From Octopus bimaculoides (taxonomy: Eukaryota): DNA of 61,583 nucleotides. The DNA lies in contig NC_068990.1 in NCBI RefSeq assembly GCF_001194135.2, forward strand, positions 75,267,485 to 75,329,067, read 5' to 3'. This document shows positions 13,484 through 26,290 of this stretch, piece after piece. A program made the position numbers and the translations under genes. A model generated the notes under the pieces. That model had not been told where the DNA came from, ran no database searches, and saw only the letters and a program-made list of their open reading frames with translations. Every line of letters starts with the position of its first letter. Position 1 is the first letter of the stretch.

Positions 13484-13878
13484 GGAGCGTCTAGTTCCCG
13501 GTAGATGGGTAAAAGGGCTGCTTTGTTGCAAACATATTCTCTCAGGTGGAGAATAGCGGCAGATATTGGGATTCTGTTTTGTAAGAGGAGTGTGATGTGG
13601 TTGTCTGTTCATGGATGTTCCGTAGTTGATGCGTCTNNNNNNNNNNTTCCGTTTTGTAAGAGGAGTGTGATGTGGTTGTCTGTTCATGGCTGTTCCGTAG
13701 TTGATGCGTCTAGTTCCTGGGAGGTGAGTGAAAAGACAGTCTCGTCGCAAACACATATTCTCACGGAGGGAATAACGGCGGACTTTTGGGTTCCTTTTTG
13801 TTTGTGAGGGCGGGATGTATAGCAATTGGTAAATGAACAATTTGTTTATTATATTCTTATTATTCTTCAAGTTTAGTC
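13484..13878 (-). CDS. Candidate coding exon with two diverged 48-aa repeats (TK.NP...RYS..E..CL....FTHLPGTRR); product unknown
   Basis: Open frame; 9 synonymous third-position differences at conserved residues between repeats; acceptor TTCCTTTAG at 13879-13880; possible donor GTTAGT at 13483; mirror plus frame has stops. Confidence 0.6.
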
Positions 13879-15639
13879 CTAAAGGAACGAAAATGATAAT
13901 TGTTTTACATTGGCATAAGACCAGTATGATCGAAAATGCGAATGTGGTAGGAAGTAACTTAATGTAAGACAAATTGTAGAGCTACTGAATGTGAGAAAAT
14001 TTTGAAATAAAGATGCAGTAGAATCATGTCAGTGACCAGGTCGCAGTTCGTGTGACGAAAATTTTGACACTAAATAAAATATGTGTAAGGGAAGTTAAAA
14101 GTATTTGTGTGTTTTTGAATGACTAATATGTATCTCTCACACTGTAATAATTTTTGTTTCAATGCATGGTCTCAGATCATACCATTTGCCTGGTAAGTAC
14201 ACTTAGAAATATATATTTCAGTATTTGAAATGAAGGACGTTGTGAAGTGGAGAAGCAAACATAGAGGGGTACCAGATTATACATCTTTTAGTCTTTGGTT
14301 TCTTTCTTTAACCGATCGACTTTATCTCTACCTCGTGGAGAGAAAATTAATAAATGTCGTTTACTTGGTAATATTCAGTCACCCATACTGTTTCCTATAA
14401 GATTCTGACTTTGTGCTAATATGAAAATCAAATACATATTTGAGCCAGCCGTGGGATTATCTACATTGTTACTTGCTTTCTAGGAGTTGCGGTCTAATAT
14501 CTTTCAAACCTCATTTACATCATCTAATAAGCTCGGGTTGGTCATGTATTGATTGACTTTGATCATAGATCTACTCGATCAGAACCGTCTAGAGGCTAAA
14601 CACTGATAGAAATAACAATAACAACGACAACACCAGCAATGGTGGTAGTAAACAATATTTGAAATATCATAAAGTGCTTTCTAATAGTTAACTCTTTCTA
14701 AGAATGTAAGAATTGTAAAGGTTTGCGAATACATTGCGTGAGGTTTAGGACATAGAAATCAGATTATCCATAGAATTTTGCAAGTTACAGCATTTATTTG
14801 GCTTGATAACAGATATTGTAGATAATGCTAAAGTTTCCTTTAGTGCCATTGTTATATATTTGAGGAGAGAGAAAAATGCCCCCCGGTCTTAATCATATTG
14901 GTTTATTCCAATGCCAATTCCACCAGAACATTTCCTCGAACAACGACTGCAACAAAACCATTATTTCTTTGTGGAAAGACTAACAAGATACAGACGTTTA
15001 TCGAGAACTTATTGTTTGATCATTCGATATATACCCTCGAAACTGAATCAATATCGATGCGAAAACGAGAGGCAATTAGCGAATTAGACAAGTTTGCAGT
15101 GTGAGTTGGCTTCAAGCTATATGGGCAGAGTGTGAATGAATAGAAGGAATAGAGAGAAATTAGGAATCATTAAATAAACGTCTGTTCTATTACAGTTGTG
15201 TTGCATTTACATTGCATTTAGATTCTTTTACGTTGGATAACTAACTTTGAAAGTTCTCTGATTGTTTAATATTTTCAATCACGTATTTACAGGAGAACAA
15301 ACCAATGGCTAAATTAGTAGTGATTTAAGCAGATTCAAACATTCCTGCTACTCATGTTGAATATATAGCTGTTCGAAAGGTTGTGTGTTCCATTTTAATT
15401 AATATCACTGTTGTGCATTTTTTTTTATGCGTGTAGTTACAGCTCAGTTCTGAACAAGCAGACTAATGCCACGTGGCAGGTAGATTGAAGTACTAGACGT
15501 GACAGCGTACTTCATGTTCTTTGCATGTGGAGCATTTTGTTTCTCTGTGACGAGGTTACAAAGGCTACATAGTCCGACCACCGTTGAAACTGCTAGACTT
15601 TCTATGTATTTATCTATCATGTATCTTCTTTTCTTGTCT

Positions 15640-16035
15640 TGTAACGGCATTCACGCGGGAGTGGTTAAGCCTGCTCCTATTGACTTCACCGCGTCATGTG
15701 GGTTCATAGGAGTTTCAAGGGATGATCAGAGTCGGCGAAAACGGTTCCCGTCTGTGTTCGTAAGCCACCATACACGACCGGTGGCAGGTCGTCCTCGTGT
15801 TACGCCTTCTCACCGCAGGATGCCCACAGACGCCATCCAATGCCACCAGGAAGTCGCTGGATTCCGGAACAGTCGCCGCCTAGAATTCACCATTGCCCTC
15901 CAGTTAGCCATATTACAGCCTTAACACCGCCGCTATCAGGTATGTCCATCCTGAGTGACCCTACCAGAAACTCGAAGTCCTCGACGGCATAGCTCTGACA
16001 TCCACTCGTTTAAACTTCCCACCACGATAAGGTCA
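15640..16035 (-). mobile_element. 5' end of an RTE (BovB/Expander-like) LINE, 3'-truncated
   Basis: Minus strand CCTTATCGTGG...GAGCTATGCCG...GGTAGGGTCACTCAGGATGGACA resembles, from memory, the conserved 5' signature of BovB/Expander RTEs; GC-richer than the flanks. Confidence 0.6.
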
Positions 16036-16257
16036 AGGGTTGGACTTTGAGCAAGGTCTATTATATAGATATTCAACGACTCATTATGAAGTATAATTTA
16101 ACAATTTTTTCCGATAACAGCATAACATTTGGAAGAGAATTAGCCGGTAAATTTAGTATCTTGACGTAAATATGTTGCGTACAGCTTTTTTTTAAGTATT
16201 CGCTCGTTACAAGGTCCTTAGACCACTAAAAACGTAAGAGCTACTAGAATAAAACTG

Positions 16258-16530
16258 ACGCTAGACAGAAGTCAATAGGTTACGATGTACATTAGACTTA
16301 AAAGACTGGAGGTCATATTGAAGAGGAAAACAAGACTGGGGAAAGGAATTCCAAAGTTCAGAGACGCAAGGGAAGAAACTGGTACTGGAAAGTGCTTTAC
16401 GACACTTAGGAGGTTGCACAGTATACTGTTGAGCAAAATATAAGCTACCCTTATGTGTATGGGAAAAGCACACTTGAGGTAATTCCTACCACCAACGATA
16501 CGACCACCAGTCTCACAGTTAAATTTCACG
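16258..16530 (-). mobile_element. CR1/Jockey-group LINE 3' end
   Basis: SFFPCVSELWNSFPQSCFPLQYDLQSFKSNVHRNL matches the FFPR...LWN.LP...FP..YDL..FK..V RT C-terminal motif. Confidence 0.85.
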
Positions 16531-16924
16531 ATAGGAAAACTTAGTCAAAATAAATTTTAATAGAAGCTTACCTCAACTTACGTCATATCGAGTTACGCCT
16601 TTTTCGAATTTACTTCATTATTTTTTTTTTCAAGAATTTAACGAGAAGAAAATGGACAAATTCAATCGATTATTTATCGACTTACATCGGTCTTAACGAA
16701 CACATTTACAAACATAAGAATTAACAAAGGAACACCTAAAAACCAATACTGAAATGGAAAATGAAATGAATATACATGAAAACAAGTAGAAACCATTAAC
16801 TAAAACAAATATAAGCAAATAAATTTTATTTAATGTTTTCTCGTCTTACGCTGCTTTCAGAGTTAAGTCCCACGTCTTGAAACTAATTACCGGCGTGATA
16901 TATTCTATAACGTTATGTATTCTA

Positions 16925-17051
16925 CAGGGTGTCCACAAAGTCTGGGTACATTGAGTAAATAAAATCATAGCATAAACAATTAAATATAAGAAATAATAAT
17001 TTCTTAAAGTATGTGTTAATCCCCATGTACCCAGACTTTGCGGACACCCTG
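16925..17051. mobile_element. 127-bp Tc1/mariner-type MITE
   Basis: 27-bp TIRs CAGGGTGTCCACAAAGTCTGGGTACAT / ATGTACCCAGACTTTGCGGACACCCTG (1 mismatch); TA at 16923-16924 and 17052-17053. Confidence 0.9.
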
Positions 17052-17273
17052 TATAACGCGCTCAGACTGAACGTAGAGAAAATTGGACTACTAAACATAT
17101 TCGTTTCACAATCATGGGGTTTGGGGTTCAATTCCACGGTGCGCTATCTTGTTTCTTTCGCAAAGGTATTTTACTATAGATTGAAATTATATACTTTGTA
17201 AGAATTTTTGAGGCGGAAATTTTAGGGACACCCGTAGCGTATACATGTACACACACACACACACACACACACA

Positions 17274-17312
<39 letters not shown>

Positions 17313-18424
17313 ATATGCATATCCCAGTGAAATTGACACTGTTACGATGTTTGCGAATACCTGAGGGAACGATCTTCAAGAAGTTAATATTCTGAGGAGG
17401 AAGACGTGAGTGAATTTTTAACAGACAGCATAAGAGGAGGTGGCCAGGACACGATGTAGACAAAAAACAGTGCTTAGGTGGAAAAGTTACGATAATTCCG
17501 AAGGGAAGAAGCTACTGCAGAAACTAAAGAAAAAGCAGAGTGAGGACACAGCACACGTGTGATATATACTGCAGGAGTGCTTGGCAAGAGATTTCTATTA
17601 AATATTCCAAACAATCAGGTGGCCTTTTTGTAAGGTCTAGGATGTTTGTATATTCTGTAGCACCACTGGCCCAGATACAGAGGCATTTTATTTCGGGTTA
17701 CATCTGAACCTTGTAGTCGTTTCGGAAAAGACACGAGCGCCAAATAATCCATTTTGATTTCATAAAATATAGTAACCATAAAAAAACATGTTTTCGTATA
17801 TAAACAGCTGAAAGTTTGTTTTATTTTCTGCCTGACTAATCATAATCAGTTATATACATTAATAAGCGATGTACGATTGATTGAATTCACGCTCTTAATA
17901 TCGTTATAGCAAAAAGCTCTCCTTTTATTCTTCCTATGTGCCTAACTATAAATAATGGGGTGATTGGAAAAGAATTAACTGCTTTTGTTTTTCAGCTGAA
18001 TTGTTTTGTTTTGTCTTTACGTGTGTCTTTTGAGGTTGGCGACAAACGCTATTTCTTCTAAGAACTGTTTACCTTTTTCCTAACGATAAATTCTTTTCGA
18101 TTTAGCAAACATCACTTGTCTTCGACACTCTTTGATTTCGTGCTTGTTTTTTTTGTGTTCATTTTTGTCTGGTTACATTTTATATATGTAATGTATGTCT
18201 ATGCTACTTTCCTTTAAGTTGTATATTTGTCGATCTCATTAGGGAGTAAGTGATCTCTTATTTTCCTGTATTTCATTGCACGTTTACTTCCACCGTTGTT
18301 TACTTGGGTTTACATGTTCTTATACGAGACGTTTTAAATATGCACACAGTTTGCTTCCCGCGACTCATGCAGCTGCTGGTTACATTATACCAATACCAAC
18401 TATTAGTAGGAATATCACACTCAC

Positions 18425-18569
18425 GGCCTGCCCTATAGACTTGACATAAGGAAGAACAAATTGTGATAAAGGTTAAAAATATCAAAACATCTGTATTTTG
18501 GCTAAGTGTCCGCAAGATCCAATCCTTCCGTATACATCGCTTGCTTTCAAATATGTTAACGATTAGCAT
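18425..18569 (-). CDS. Possible first coding exon with a hydrophobic, signal-like stretch
   Basis: ATG at 18569, 48 codons including VLIFLTFITICSSLC, then GTGAGT donor at 18424 (phase 1, compatible with the 13878 acceptor). No homology evidence. Confidence 0.25.
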
Positions 18570-18701
18570 ATGTTAATAGAACCAGAAATATTTTACTGCT
18601 GTTGATGATGGTGTGCATGTGTGTGTATGTGTGTGTGCGCGCAAGCTTCTGTGTGTGTGTATATATATAGAGAGAGAGAAAGAGGGAGATGCATATATAT
18701 T

Positions 18702-18749
<48 letters not shown>

Positions 18750-19568
18750 AGATGCCATCATTGTAACGACTGTGATGACCATCTGGACATAAACACAGCC
18801 ACTGTCAATCATAAAAAGCCATTTAGCAGAATGACATCTATCTAAATGAAGACTATATCATTACGGAATTCAATGTAAGTTTTATGCTGAATAAATAACA
18901 TAGCAGAGCCTCTGTAATCGTAGGAGAGTCTATCAATCTCTGTTACTTGACTTGAGATCTTGTCAGTTCCTCACATGTAATATGTATTGAAGATATACAA
19001 TTGTGCTTTACCTCAAACCTATATTCATGACTAATTGCAAACTAAGTGCTAAAGGAGGAAAAGTACAGTGACAGAGCATTCGAAAAAATGAAAGAAAGAA
19101 TTAGGAGTTTGGCGCTATTTATGGCTTTATCATTGAATCTTGTCAAAAAATGTCTTAAGTTAAACTAACATTACCTTCTTCCAATTTTTAAAAAAGCTAA
19201 AAGAAAAAGAAAACCACGGGTGACGGTGGGATGGAAGTTGCAAGGAAATCTTTAATTACAAATTGTTATACACGACTTCAGTCTAAAGTGTTAATAGAGC
19301 AGATGAAAGAACGAAGTTGACGCACAAAATGACTTGGATATATATATGTATATATATATATGTGTGTGTGTGTGTGTNNNNNNNNNNNNNNNNNNNNNNN
19401 NNNNNNNNNNNNNNNNNNNNNNNNNNNNNNNNNNNNNNNNNNNNNNNNNNNNNNNNNNNNNNNNNNNNNNNNNNNNNNNNNNNNNNNNNNNNNNNNNNNN
19501 NNNNNNNNNNNNNNNNNNNNNNNNNNNNNNNNNNNNNNNNNNNNNNNNNNNNNNNNNNNATGTCTTTC

Positions 19569-19601
<33 letters not shown>

Positions 19602-19618
19602 GTGTATATATATGTATG

Positions 19619-19650
<32 letters not shown>

Positions 19651-20039
19651 CGTGTGTGTGTGTGTATGCATATATATAGAAGCGTGGTAATATTTTCTTT
19701 GGGAGAGAGATGCGGCTGCCATTTGCCAAGCTACTCTTGTGTTAACAGTAGTTGTATGGGTACATGCGCTGCATCCACTATTTGTTGTTGAATCCCCATT
19801 TCTGTCAAATGACACCTTTGTACTACACAGGTGACAACCCTGCAACGCATCAGTCTATTTTTTTTTTTTTTTGTGGATGTGGGGTATCGTTGCTGGTGCG
19901 AGTTTTACGAGGTCGGGTTGAAATCTTATCTCAACCTCTTTTAGTCGCCTTTTACGACGTACAGTGGAAACGATGGATCTATTCTTTCACATATAGGTGA
20001 CCATACACTGCATCCTTGTAGACTGATAAAAACATATTA

Positions 20040-21450
20040 ATTTGTCTAAAATACAAATCTCATTCTTTTGCATGAGTTCTGTAAGGATACGCAGCCGAAT
20101 TCAAAAATGTTTCTTTAAGCGTATGAACTTTTAAGAAGATACACTTCCTTGCAGTTTTCATCCACTTTAAGTGTCTTAGACAGTCTTAGACTTAACAAGG
20201 ATATCGGTAAGCAGTTTGTGATGCATAAAAGGGCAATGTCAATTAGGAAGAGAGACTGAAAAATTAAATCTGAAGGTATTAAGTTTCCACACGATGGTAT
20301 CGTCATATTGCTCAGAAATGATAGGGGATACAAGGACTTGGAGTGCTGCAGGACGATAGAATAATGAAAGGAGAAATGAGCAAAAGAATCTTCAATGAGT
20401 ATAAAAACAAGATTAGGGAAGTGCTTAAAACATATCTGACTGGACGTAATAACATCAAGGCCATGAATACGTGAGCCATGACAGTGTTGATATACTCTGC
20501 GCCTCTTCTAAACTGGACAAAACCAGAGCTACATAATTGCTCACAATGCGTATCGCAAGCCGGCCTAAAATTAGTATCCAAGTGCTCTACGTATCCAGCA
20601 GGAAAGGACGCAGAGACTTGTTAAAAGTTGAAGACACCATTAGTGCTGCGATGGTGAAGAACTCTGTTGTGCGTAGCGATAAACGAATACTCTCTATGAT
20701 TAGAAATATCCAAAGAGTTCTTGAAACAATGGAAGAATTCTAGAAGGAAAGTAAGAACGACAGGACAAAAGCTGCAAAAAGGACTCGTGCAACAAACCAA
20801 GGATGTTTGGACGCTGGTTCGAAGCCTGAAACGAGAAATGAAATAGCTAATTATAGATATTCAGGAAAGGAATAAGTCATTAAAACGAATTTGATATTGA
20901 GAAAACTCAGTCAGAGAGGAAAGGCAAAATGTGGGGAAAAACTTGTCGAAAGTATTAACCATCTTTTAAGTGAATACAGTAACTTAGCACAAAAGCAGTA
21001 TATGTGCAGGTTTAACTGTGTTGGTAAAAGGAGTACATTACATTGTTAAAGAAGTGTTGGAATTCAAGTGACAGAAAAGCGATATGAACTCAAGCCTGAA
21101 ACTGTTGTGGAGAGTGACTATACTACTGAAGTAACAAGAGTAGATATGATTGGATAGGAGAAAAATAAACCCCAAATATGTGATGGACTTTGCATTAGCA
21201 TATGATAATGTAGTAGACATCAAGAAATTGAGAAAACTGAGAAATATCAGGACCTAGCCAAGGAGAGGAATAGATTATGGAGGGTAAAATTGAAAGGTTT
21301 TCCTGTGGTAAGTGGTACACTTGGCATGGCAACCATACTATTATCTAAGGAGCTGAAATATATTAGAATTATGACATTCGTTGACGGCCTGCAAAAAGAA
21401 AGTGCTATCCTGTCTTTTGCAAGAATCCTAAGAAAGGTTCTTGAAATTTG
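20040..21450 (+). mobile_element. Decayed R4/Dong-like (RLE-endonuclease) non-LTR retrotransposon, 3' part
   Basis: Ordered motifs KDIG, GYKDLG, NNIKAMNT, LYVSSRKGRRDL, CG...ESINHLLSE.SNLAQKQY, KPETVVES, MDFA, EKTEKYQDLA.E..RLW, PVVSGTLG, ARILRKVLEI*; many stops and frameshifts. Confidence 0.9.
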
Positions 21451-21554
21451 ACGAAACTTGTAATCACCAAACGCAGACCAACATCATGTTAGGTAAAGTA
21501 GCGTGTCATAGCTTTATGATGATGATGATACCTTTTACAATTTGTACAAGGCCT

Positions 21555-21715
21555 GAAATTTAGATTGACCCCAGTGTTCGAACTGATACCATTTTTTTTT
21601 ATTCCTATAGGATGAAAGATAAAGTCGACCTCGGTGGCATTTGAACTCAGAACATTAAGGCTGACGAAATGCCGCTAAGCACTTTGTCCGACGTGCTGAC
21701 GATTCTACCATAATA
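21555..21715 (-). mobile_element. SINE family C fragment
   Basis: GATGAAAGATAAAGTCGACCTCGGTGGCATTTGAACTCAGAAC is the reverse complement of the family C head and body. Confidence 0.8.
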
Positions 21716-21797
21716 ATAACAACTAAAACAATATCATCAACAACAACGATAATAATTAATTACGATAAAATAATAAGAATGGTGAAACAGTAATAAC

Positions 21798-21864
<67 letters not shown>

Positions 21865-23683
21865 GTAACAACAACAACAATAACAATAAATTATTTATAA
21901 CTGCCAAACACCCCGGCTTAAATAGACAGAAAAAATTGTCTGATTAAATAAAGCATACCTGATAATTTTCGTGTAGGTTGGAGTGTGAAACAGTGGTTTG
22001 GGGACGTGTTGGGATTAGAGTTGGTGTTGGTGCTGATATTGGCATTGGTGTTGAAGTTGGTGTTAGTGTTTGTTTTTGTTAGCTGTCGTCTCAGCGATGA
22101 GCTGGAAATTGAAGCAGTTGTGTTCTTCCTTGGTGAATAGAGATTAAGTCATTTATGAACAATTTCAACAGGCAGAAAGACGAAAACAAAAAGAAAGAAA
22201 AAAAAAACAGTCACCATCACCATCGCCACCACCTTCAACAACAACAACAACAACAATGAAAACAAAACTAAAAGTAAAATAAAAATTGCAATACAGAAAT
22301 GGCTGAGAAGTTAGGGTTATTCGTCGTGGGGAATGATGGCTGGTAATTAAATTAATGTGTATGGAAATGAATTATGCATGGAAATATAGAATACTTTACA
22401 GATATGTAACGGCAAACTGCTTCATTCATGAATTGTTTCTAATGGCGTCTACATGTATTTGGTGTTGCTGTTTTGTATTTTTCTTGGCATTGTTAAGGCT
22501 AATACTGTAACAGGTGTCTCTTTCTTTCTCTTGTAATCAATAGACAAAAAAATAAAAATAAATAAACAGAACATTGTCTCGTAACTTTACTTTCCGTCAT
22601 GTACTTCGACCGCAATTTTTCATTCACGTCTTATTATTTCATTGTACTTAAGTGACTGTATTTCTGTTGGATGTTTGTGCAGGAATACATGCATCCATAC
22701 ATTCATACCATCACACATAATTGTATACATACATACATACATACATGCATGCATATATACATACATGCATGCATACATATACAAACAGACCAATATATAT
22801 ATGCATGTATATATATGTGTATACATATCAGTATGTGCCTGAAGAGGGGTTCAATTGTATATGTGTATATATGCATTTGTATAACCGACTGTATGTCACT
22901 ATGTATGACTCCGTTTTTGTACGGTCGTGTGCTCGTGTTCTGCATGTGTTGCGTGCCATATGAATGTGTGTGTGTATGTGTGTATGTGTGTGCGCGCCAA
23001 TGTGGGAATGTGTATTTTATTCAAAGGGCTAAGAGACTAATCAGGTCATATTGTGTTCAAAAAAGAGGGAAGAAATGATGATGATGTTGATTCTTCTTCT
23101 TCATCTTCTTCTTCTTCTTCTTCTTCTTATTATTATTATTATTATTATTAATATTATTAGGAAGACGGCAAGTGTATTAGTATGGAGGAGGATGTAATGA
23201 TGTGACTGTTGATGACGATTATGACAATGAAGTGATTAATAACGGTTCTTATTAGCACAACCACATTAAGGTTGCCACTACTACTACTGCTACTGCTACT
23301 ACTATTATCAATAAATACTACTTTTTGAAGAGGCTCAGTGAAAAAGTGGGTTTGTTGATCTCAAGTAAATTCGCTGAGTTGCGTGCAGATAGTACAACAT
23401 ACAAAACTGCAAAATTCCTACATGTGAGAAAATCAAATTACCTATTACATGTTGCAATCAAGAGACAAAGTAAAAAGTTTTAACCCGGACAATTTTTTAG
23501 GCCAATAGGTTTTGCATGTAGTATTTTTTTTTTTAATAATAAGTGATTGATTAATTGACTGATTAATTTGTTAGACAAGTGGTTAAGCAAGCAATCAATT
23601 AGTTAGTTGGTTAAATAACGGGCCTGCTGATGAATAATTAATAATTGAATTGAATCAGTACCTCTGTTTGTTATTGGCATAAT

Positions 23684-24007
23684 TTTTTTATTTATTTATG
23701 CGCCGTTTTGAAGCCTAGCCAAGCTCATGGACTCGGTTTCCCGGTTTCTATGGCGTATGTTTCCCCCCCACCAGCTGGACGGGACCCCAGTCCATCGCAG
23801 CGTTACTCAAGAAATAGGAAGAAAGTGTGAGAGAAAGTTGGGGTGAAAGAGTACAACAGAGGTCGCCACCACCCCCTGCCGGGATCTCGTGAAGCTTTAG
23901 GTGTTTTCGCTCAATAAACACACACACAACGCCCGGTCTGGGAATGGAAACCGCGATCCTCCGAGCGCGAGTCCGCTGCCCTAGCCACTGGGCCATTGCG
24001 CCCCCAC
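23684..24007 (-). mobile_element. Full-length SINE, family A head/body + tail 2, 12-bp TSD
   Basis: TSD TATTGGCATAAT at 23672-23683 and 24008-24019; tail contains GCTGCGATGGACTGGGGTCCCGTCCAG instead of tail 1. Confidence 0.92.
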
Positions 24008-24061
24008 TATTGGCATAATGGCTGTACTAAAAATACAGCAGAATTTATCTTTATCCTTTAC

Positions 24062-24320
24062 ATATTTCAGTCATTAGACTGCAGCCATGCTTGGGCACCG
24101 CATTGAAGAGTTTTAGTCGAACAAATTGATCTCAGTACTTATTTTTTTGTTTTGTTTTTAAGTCTGGTACTTAACCTATCGATCTATTTTGTCGAACCGC
24201 TAGGTTACATAAACACACCAACACAAGTTGTCAAACGGCAGTGGGGGGACAAGCATGGACATAAAGACACTCAAGCACGCTTGCACGCAGACACAGAAAA
24301 CACACACACATCGACGCCAG
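24062..24320 (-). mobile_element. SINE family B 3' half
   Basis: CAGTCATTAGACTGCAGCCATGC...GTCGAACCGCTAGGTTAC matches the family B body. Confidence 0.8.
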
Positions 24321-24558
24321 TGTTCAACGGATACTAATTTTGTCGACTTCGACAGGATGTAATGCAAAGTCAAACTCAGCGGAATTTGAACCCAGAATGC
24401 AACGAACCGACAAGCGCTTTGTCCGACTCGCTAACGATTCTACCATATAGAAACATTATTGCATTAGTCCTTAAGACGGCAAGCTGGCAGAATCATTAGT
24501 ACACCGGGCAAAATAATTAGCAGCACTTTGTCCGTCTTTACGTTGTCAGTTCAAATTC

Positions 24559-26030
24559 AACAACAACACTGTTATACATTTTATCCGACCTACTAGCGAT
24601 TCTGTCAGCTCATATAATAAGAGTGGTGATAATTCTGTCCACAATAAACACAAGACTTGAAATTTTGAGATAGGGGTCCTGTCGATCTCATTGACACGCG
24701 GGCATAACTATTACTTATAGTATTTACTTTATTGACACCGAAAGAATGAATGAAAGGAAAAATCAACCATGGCGGAATTTGAACTCAGAATATAATGACA
24801 GACAAAATAAAGCGAAGCATTTTGTTCAGCATGCTAACGATTCTGCCACNNNNNNNNNNAACAACAACACTGTTATACATTTTATCCGACCTACTAGCGA
24901 TTCTGTCAGCTCATATAATAAGAGTGGTGATAATTCTGTCCACAATAAACACAAGACTTGAAATTTTGAGATAGGGGTCCTGTCGATCTCATTGACACGC
25001 GGGCATAACTATTACTTATAGTATTTACTTTATTGACACCGAAAGAATGAATGAAAGGAAAAATCAACCATGGCGGAATTTGAACTCAGAATATAATGAC
25101 AGACAAAATAAAGCGAAGCATTTTGTTCAGCATGCTAACGATTCTGCCACCTTCACCTTTCATTATTCAAGCGTCGATAAAATAAGTACTATTTGAGCAT
25201 TCTGGTCCATATAATCGACTTACCCTTCCACCGAACTTCCTGGAATTATACCAAAATTTGCAATCATTATTACATTAATCTAAAGGCGGTGAGCTGGCTG
25301 AATCGTTAACACTCTGGATTAAATGCTTAGCGGCATTTCGTCCGTGTTTCATATTTCAGATTCCGCTGAGGACGACTTTGCCTTTCATCCTTTCGGGGTC
25401 GATAAATTAAGTACCAGTGAAACACTGGGATCCACGCAATCGACTAATCCCCTCCACGCAAATTCGAAAATGTTATTACATTAGTCTTAGTGTATTTCAA
25501 TTGTCTTCACGGTTTAAAATTTGATTTAAGAAGGACAGTTCATAAGTGTCTGAATGGAAGTCAATAGAGAACTAATATGGATTTCGTGGACCCAAACTGA
25601 TAAAATGTGAAAAGAGACTTTTTTCTAAACTTTTTTTCTGATTGTGACCAAATATTATTTTTCAGATTAAAAGAATATATTATTATTATTCTAGTATTTC
25701 CGTTACTTCAACTCTCTATCAGTAAATGGGAAAAGAAACAACAACAACACTGTTATACATTTTATCCGACCTACTAGCGATTCTGTCAGCTCATATAATA
25801 AGAGTGGTGATAATTCTGTCCACAATAAACACAAGACTTGAAATTTTGAGATAGGGGTCCTGTCGATCTCATTGACACGCGGGCATAACTATTACTTATA
25901 GTATTTACTTTATTGACACCGAAAGAATGAATGAAAGGAAAAATCAACCATGGCGGAATTTGAACTCAGAATATAATGACAGACAAAATAAAGCGAAGCA
26001 TTTTGTTCAGCATGCTAACGATTCTGCCAC
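24559..26030. repeat. Three apparently identical 291-bp copies (24559-24849, 24860-25150, 25740-26030) of a minus-strand family C SINE segment
   Basis: Direct comparison; copies 1 and 2 flank a 10-N gap and interrupt a plus-strand family C SINE (24474-24558 + 25151-25260). Confidence 0.9.
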
Positions 26031-26129
26031 CAAATTCACAAGGGAACTCGGCATTAACCCTGAATTAGATGAAGAACCAGAAACCACTGCCACAAAACAA
26101 GCAAAACGGATCAAACAGACTTCAAAAAA

Positions 26130-26290
26130 AGAAGCTCTGCGTCACAATTTTTCCACAGATTTTACTCCCAAAGCTTTTTCTACAGTTTGGCATGGCTCTA
26201 ATGCAGCGGAGAACCATAGTTTGTCTACCTCTAGATTAACTGCCTTCCTAACTCCACAGGCTAACCAGCTCCATCTGCTTAACTGACTTC
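26130..26290 (+). mobile_element. Decayed CR1/L2-like RT fragment
   Basis: TDFTPKAFSTVWH ... LTAFLT resembles D.SKAFD.VWH ... SFL. Confidence 0.45.

Noticed and set aside
14898-15104. ORF ending MRKREAISELDKFA at a GTGAGT donor
   Set aside because: A plausible first exon, but no recognisable homology or independent evidence.
17330-17760. Possible decayed transposon coding sequence (also 41500-42100 and 46370-46960)
   Set aside because: No motif I could assign with confidence.
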